A DNA stretch of 64,000 bases. It comes from Alphaproteobacteria bacterium (GTDB lineage Bacteria; Pseudomonadota; Alphaproteobacteria; Rs-D84; SZUA-605). Of the stretch, positions 63,053 to 64,000 are shown in pieces. The translations under genes were made by a program, and so were the position numbers. Within the stretch, counting starts at the first letter, position 1; the number at the start of each line of letters is the position of its first letter. The stretch spans positions 1-64,000 of the forward strand of contig JAVBPW010000005.1 in the NCBI GenBank assembly GCA_031549385.1. The letters are read 5' to 3'. The notes below the pieces were generated by a model. It saw nothing but the letters and a program-made list of their open reading frames with translations. It was not told the DNA's origin and did no database searches.

Positions 63053-64000
63053 ATGTTTAAGAAAAAAATTCTAATTTGGTTGGCTGTTATTTTGGTTGTT
63101 TTTGGAGTGTCTGAGATTGTTGCTCGCAAAAACCCTGAATTGTTTGCATCTAAGAAAGAAAAAGAAGCAGCTTTAGTGTTTTCTGACTTTGTTAATGATG
63201 TTAAGGCAAAAAAGATAAAAAGTGTTATTATTTACGATAATAAAAAAGTTCAAGGTGAGTTTAAAGATGGAAAAAAATTCGAAACTCAAATAGTTGATTA
63301 TCCAAAACTTTATGAATTATTAGAAACCAATAAGGTTAGTGTTGAAATAAAAGATGCTAAAACAGGTATAGGATATTATCTTTTGAATATTTTGCCCACT
63401 TTACTTTGGGTTTTTGTATTACTTCTTATTATTAGAAGTTTTCGTTCATCATTTTCTGGTGGAAAAGGGGGAGGTGGTGGAAGTCCTTTTTCTTTTGGGG
63501 AGTCTAAAGCTAAGCTTTTAACCAAAGATAAATTGAAAATTACATTTGATGATGTAGCTGGTATTGATGAGGCTAAGAAAGATGTTGAGGAAATTGTAGA
63601 ATTTTTAAAGAATCCTAAGAAATTTGCTGATTTAGGTGGAAGAATTCCTAAAGGTGTACTTTTAACTGGTCACCCTGGAACAGGTAAGACTTTACTTGCT
63701 AAGGCTATTGCTGGGGAGGCGGATGTTCCTTTCTTTTCTATGAGTGGATCTGACTTTGTTGAAATGTTTGTTGGAGTTGGTGCTTCTCGTGTACGTGATT
63801 TATTCGAAAATGGTAAGAAGAATGCTCCTTGTATTATATTTATAGACGAAATTGATGCTGTGGGACGTCATAGAGGTGTGGGCTATGGTGGTGGAAATGA
63901 TGAAAGAGAACAAACTCTTAACCAATTACTTGTAGAAATGGATGGATTTGAAAGTAATGAAGGGGTTATCCTTATAGCTGCTACTAATAGGTCTGATGTT
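63053..64000 (+). CDS. ftsH: ATP-dependent zinc metalloprotease FtsH (3'-truncated by window)
   Basis: Read from sequence: two TMs, [58 protein letters not shown]. Confidence 0.97.
   Translation, partial: MFKKKILIWLAVILVVFGVSEIVARKNPELFASKKEKEAALVFSDFVNDVKAKKIKSVIIYDNKKVQGEFKDGKKFETQIVDYPKLYELLETNKVSVEIKDAKTGIGYYLLNILPTLLWVFVLLLIIRSFRSSFSGGKGGGGGSPFSFGESKAKLLTKDKLKITFDDVAGIDEAKKDVEEIVEFLKNPKKFADLGGRIPKGVLLTGHPGTGKTLLAKAIAGEADVPFFSMSGSDFVEMFVGVGASRVRDLFENGKKNAPCIIFIDEIDAVGRHRGVGYGGGNDEREQTLNQLLVEMDGFESNEGVILIAATNRSDV

Overview
A very AT-rich bacterial chromosome segment, most consistent with a host-associated Alphaproteobacterium. This is inferred from the gene set and order: rodZ-hisS-prfA, M23-bactofilin, yfgM-bamB, DUF374-lpxK, a lone virB11 and autotransporters. 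The backbone is housekeeping genes (rarA, hisS, prfA, fabI, ligA, mreCD-mrdA-rodA, mraY-ftsW-murG, lpxK, rpsA, gyrB, rpsF-rpsR-rplI, ftsH), two tRNA-Ser genes and a minimal SRP RNA. The most striking unexplained structure is a dispersed family of about 10 self-contained expression cassettes between housekeeping genes. Each has a TTGACA-N16/17-TA(G/A)TTT-type promoter, an A-rich leader with no Shine-Dalgarno (SD) sequence, an orphan ORF and usually an intrinsic terminator. Five leaders carry AAACTTAAAAA(A)TCA 3-5 nt before the ATG, and in four of these the motif starts exactly 50 nt after the -35 box. In two cases the terminators on both sides of a cassette are near-copies, which suggests insertion at, or duplication of, terminators. 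One cassette appears to carry a structured ncRNA instead of an ORF. Other observations are a covarying palindromic repeat family, a diadenylate cyclase, an AlkD-like gene split at an in-frame A_AAA_AAG slippery site, a probable pseudokinase, and membrane proteins with histone-H1-like tails. All coordinates and alignments were made by eye; no database searches were run.
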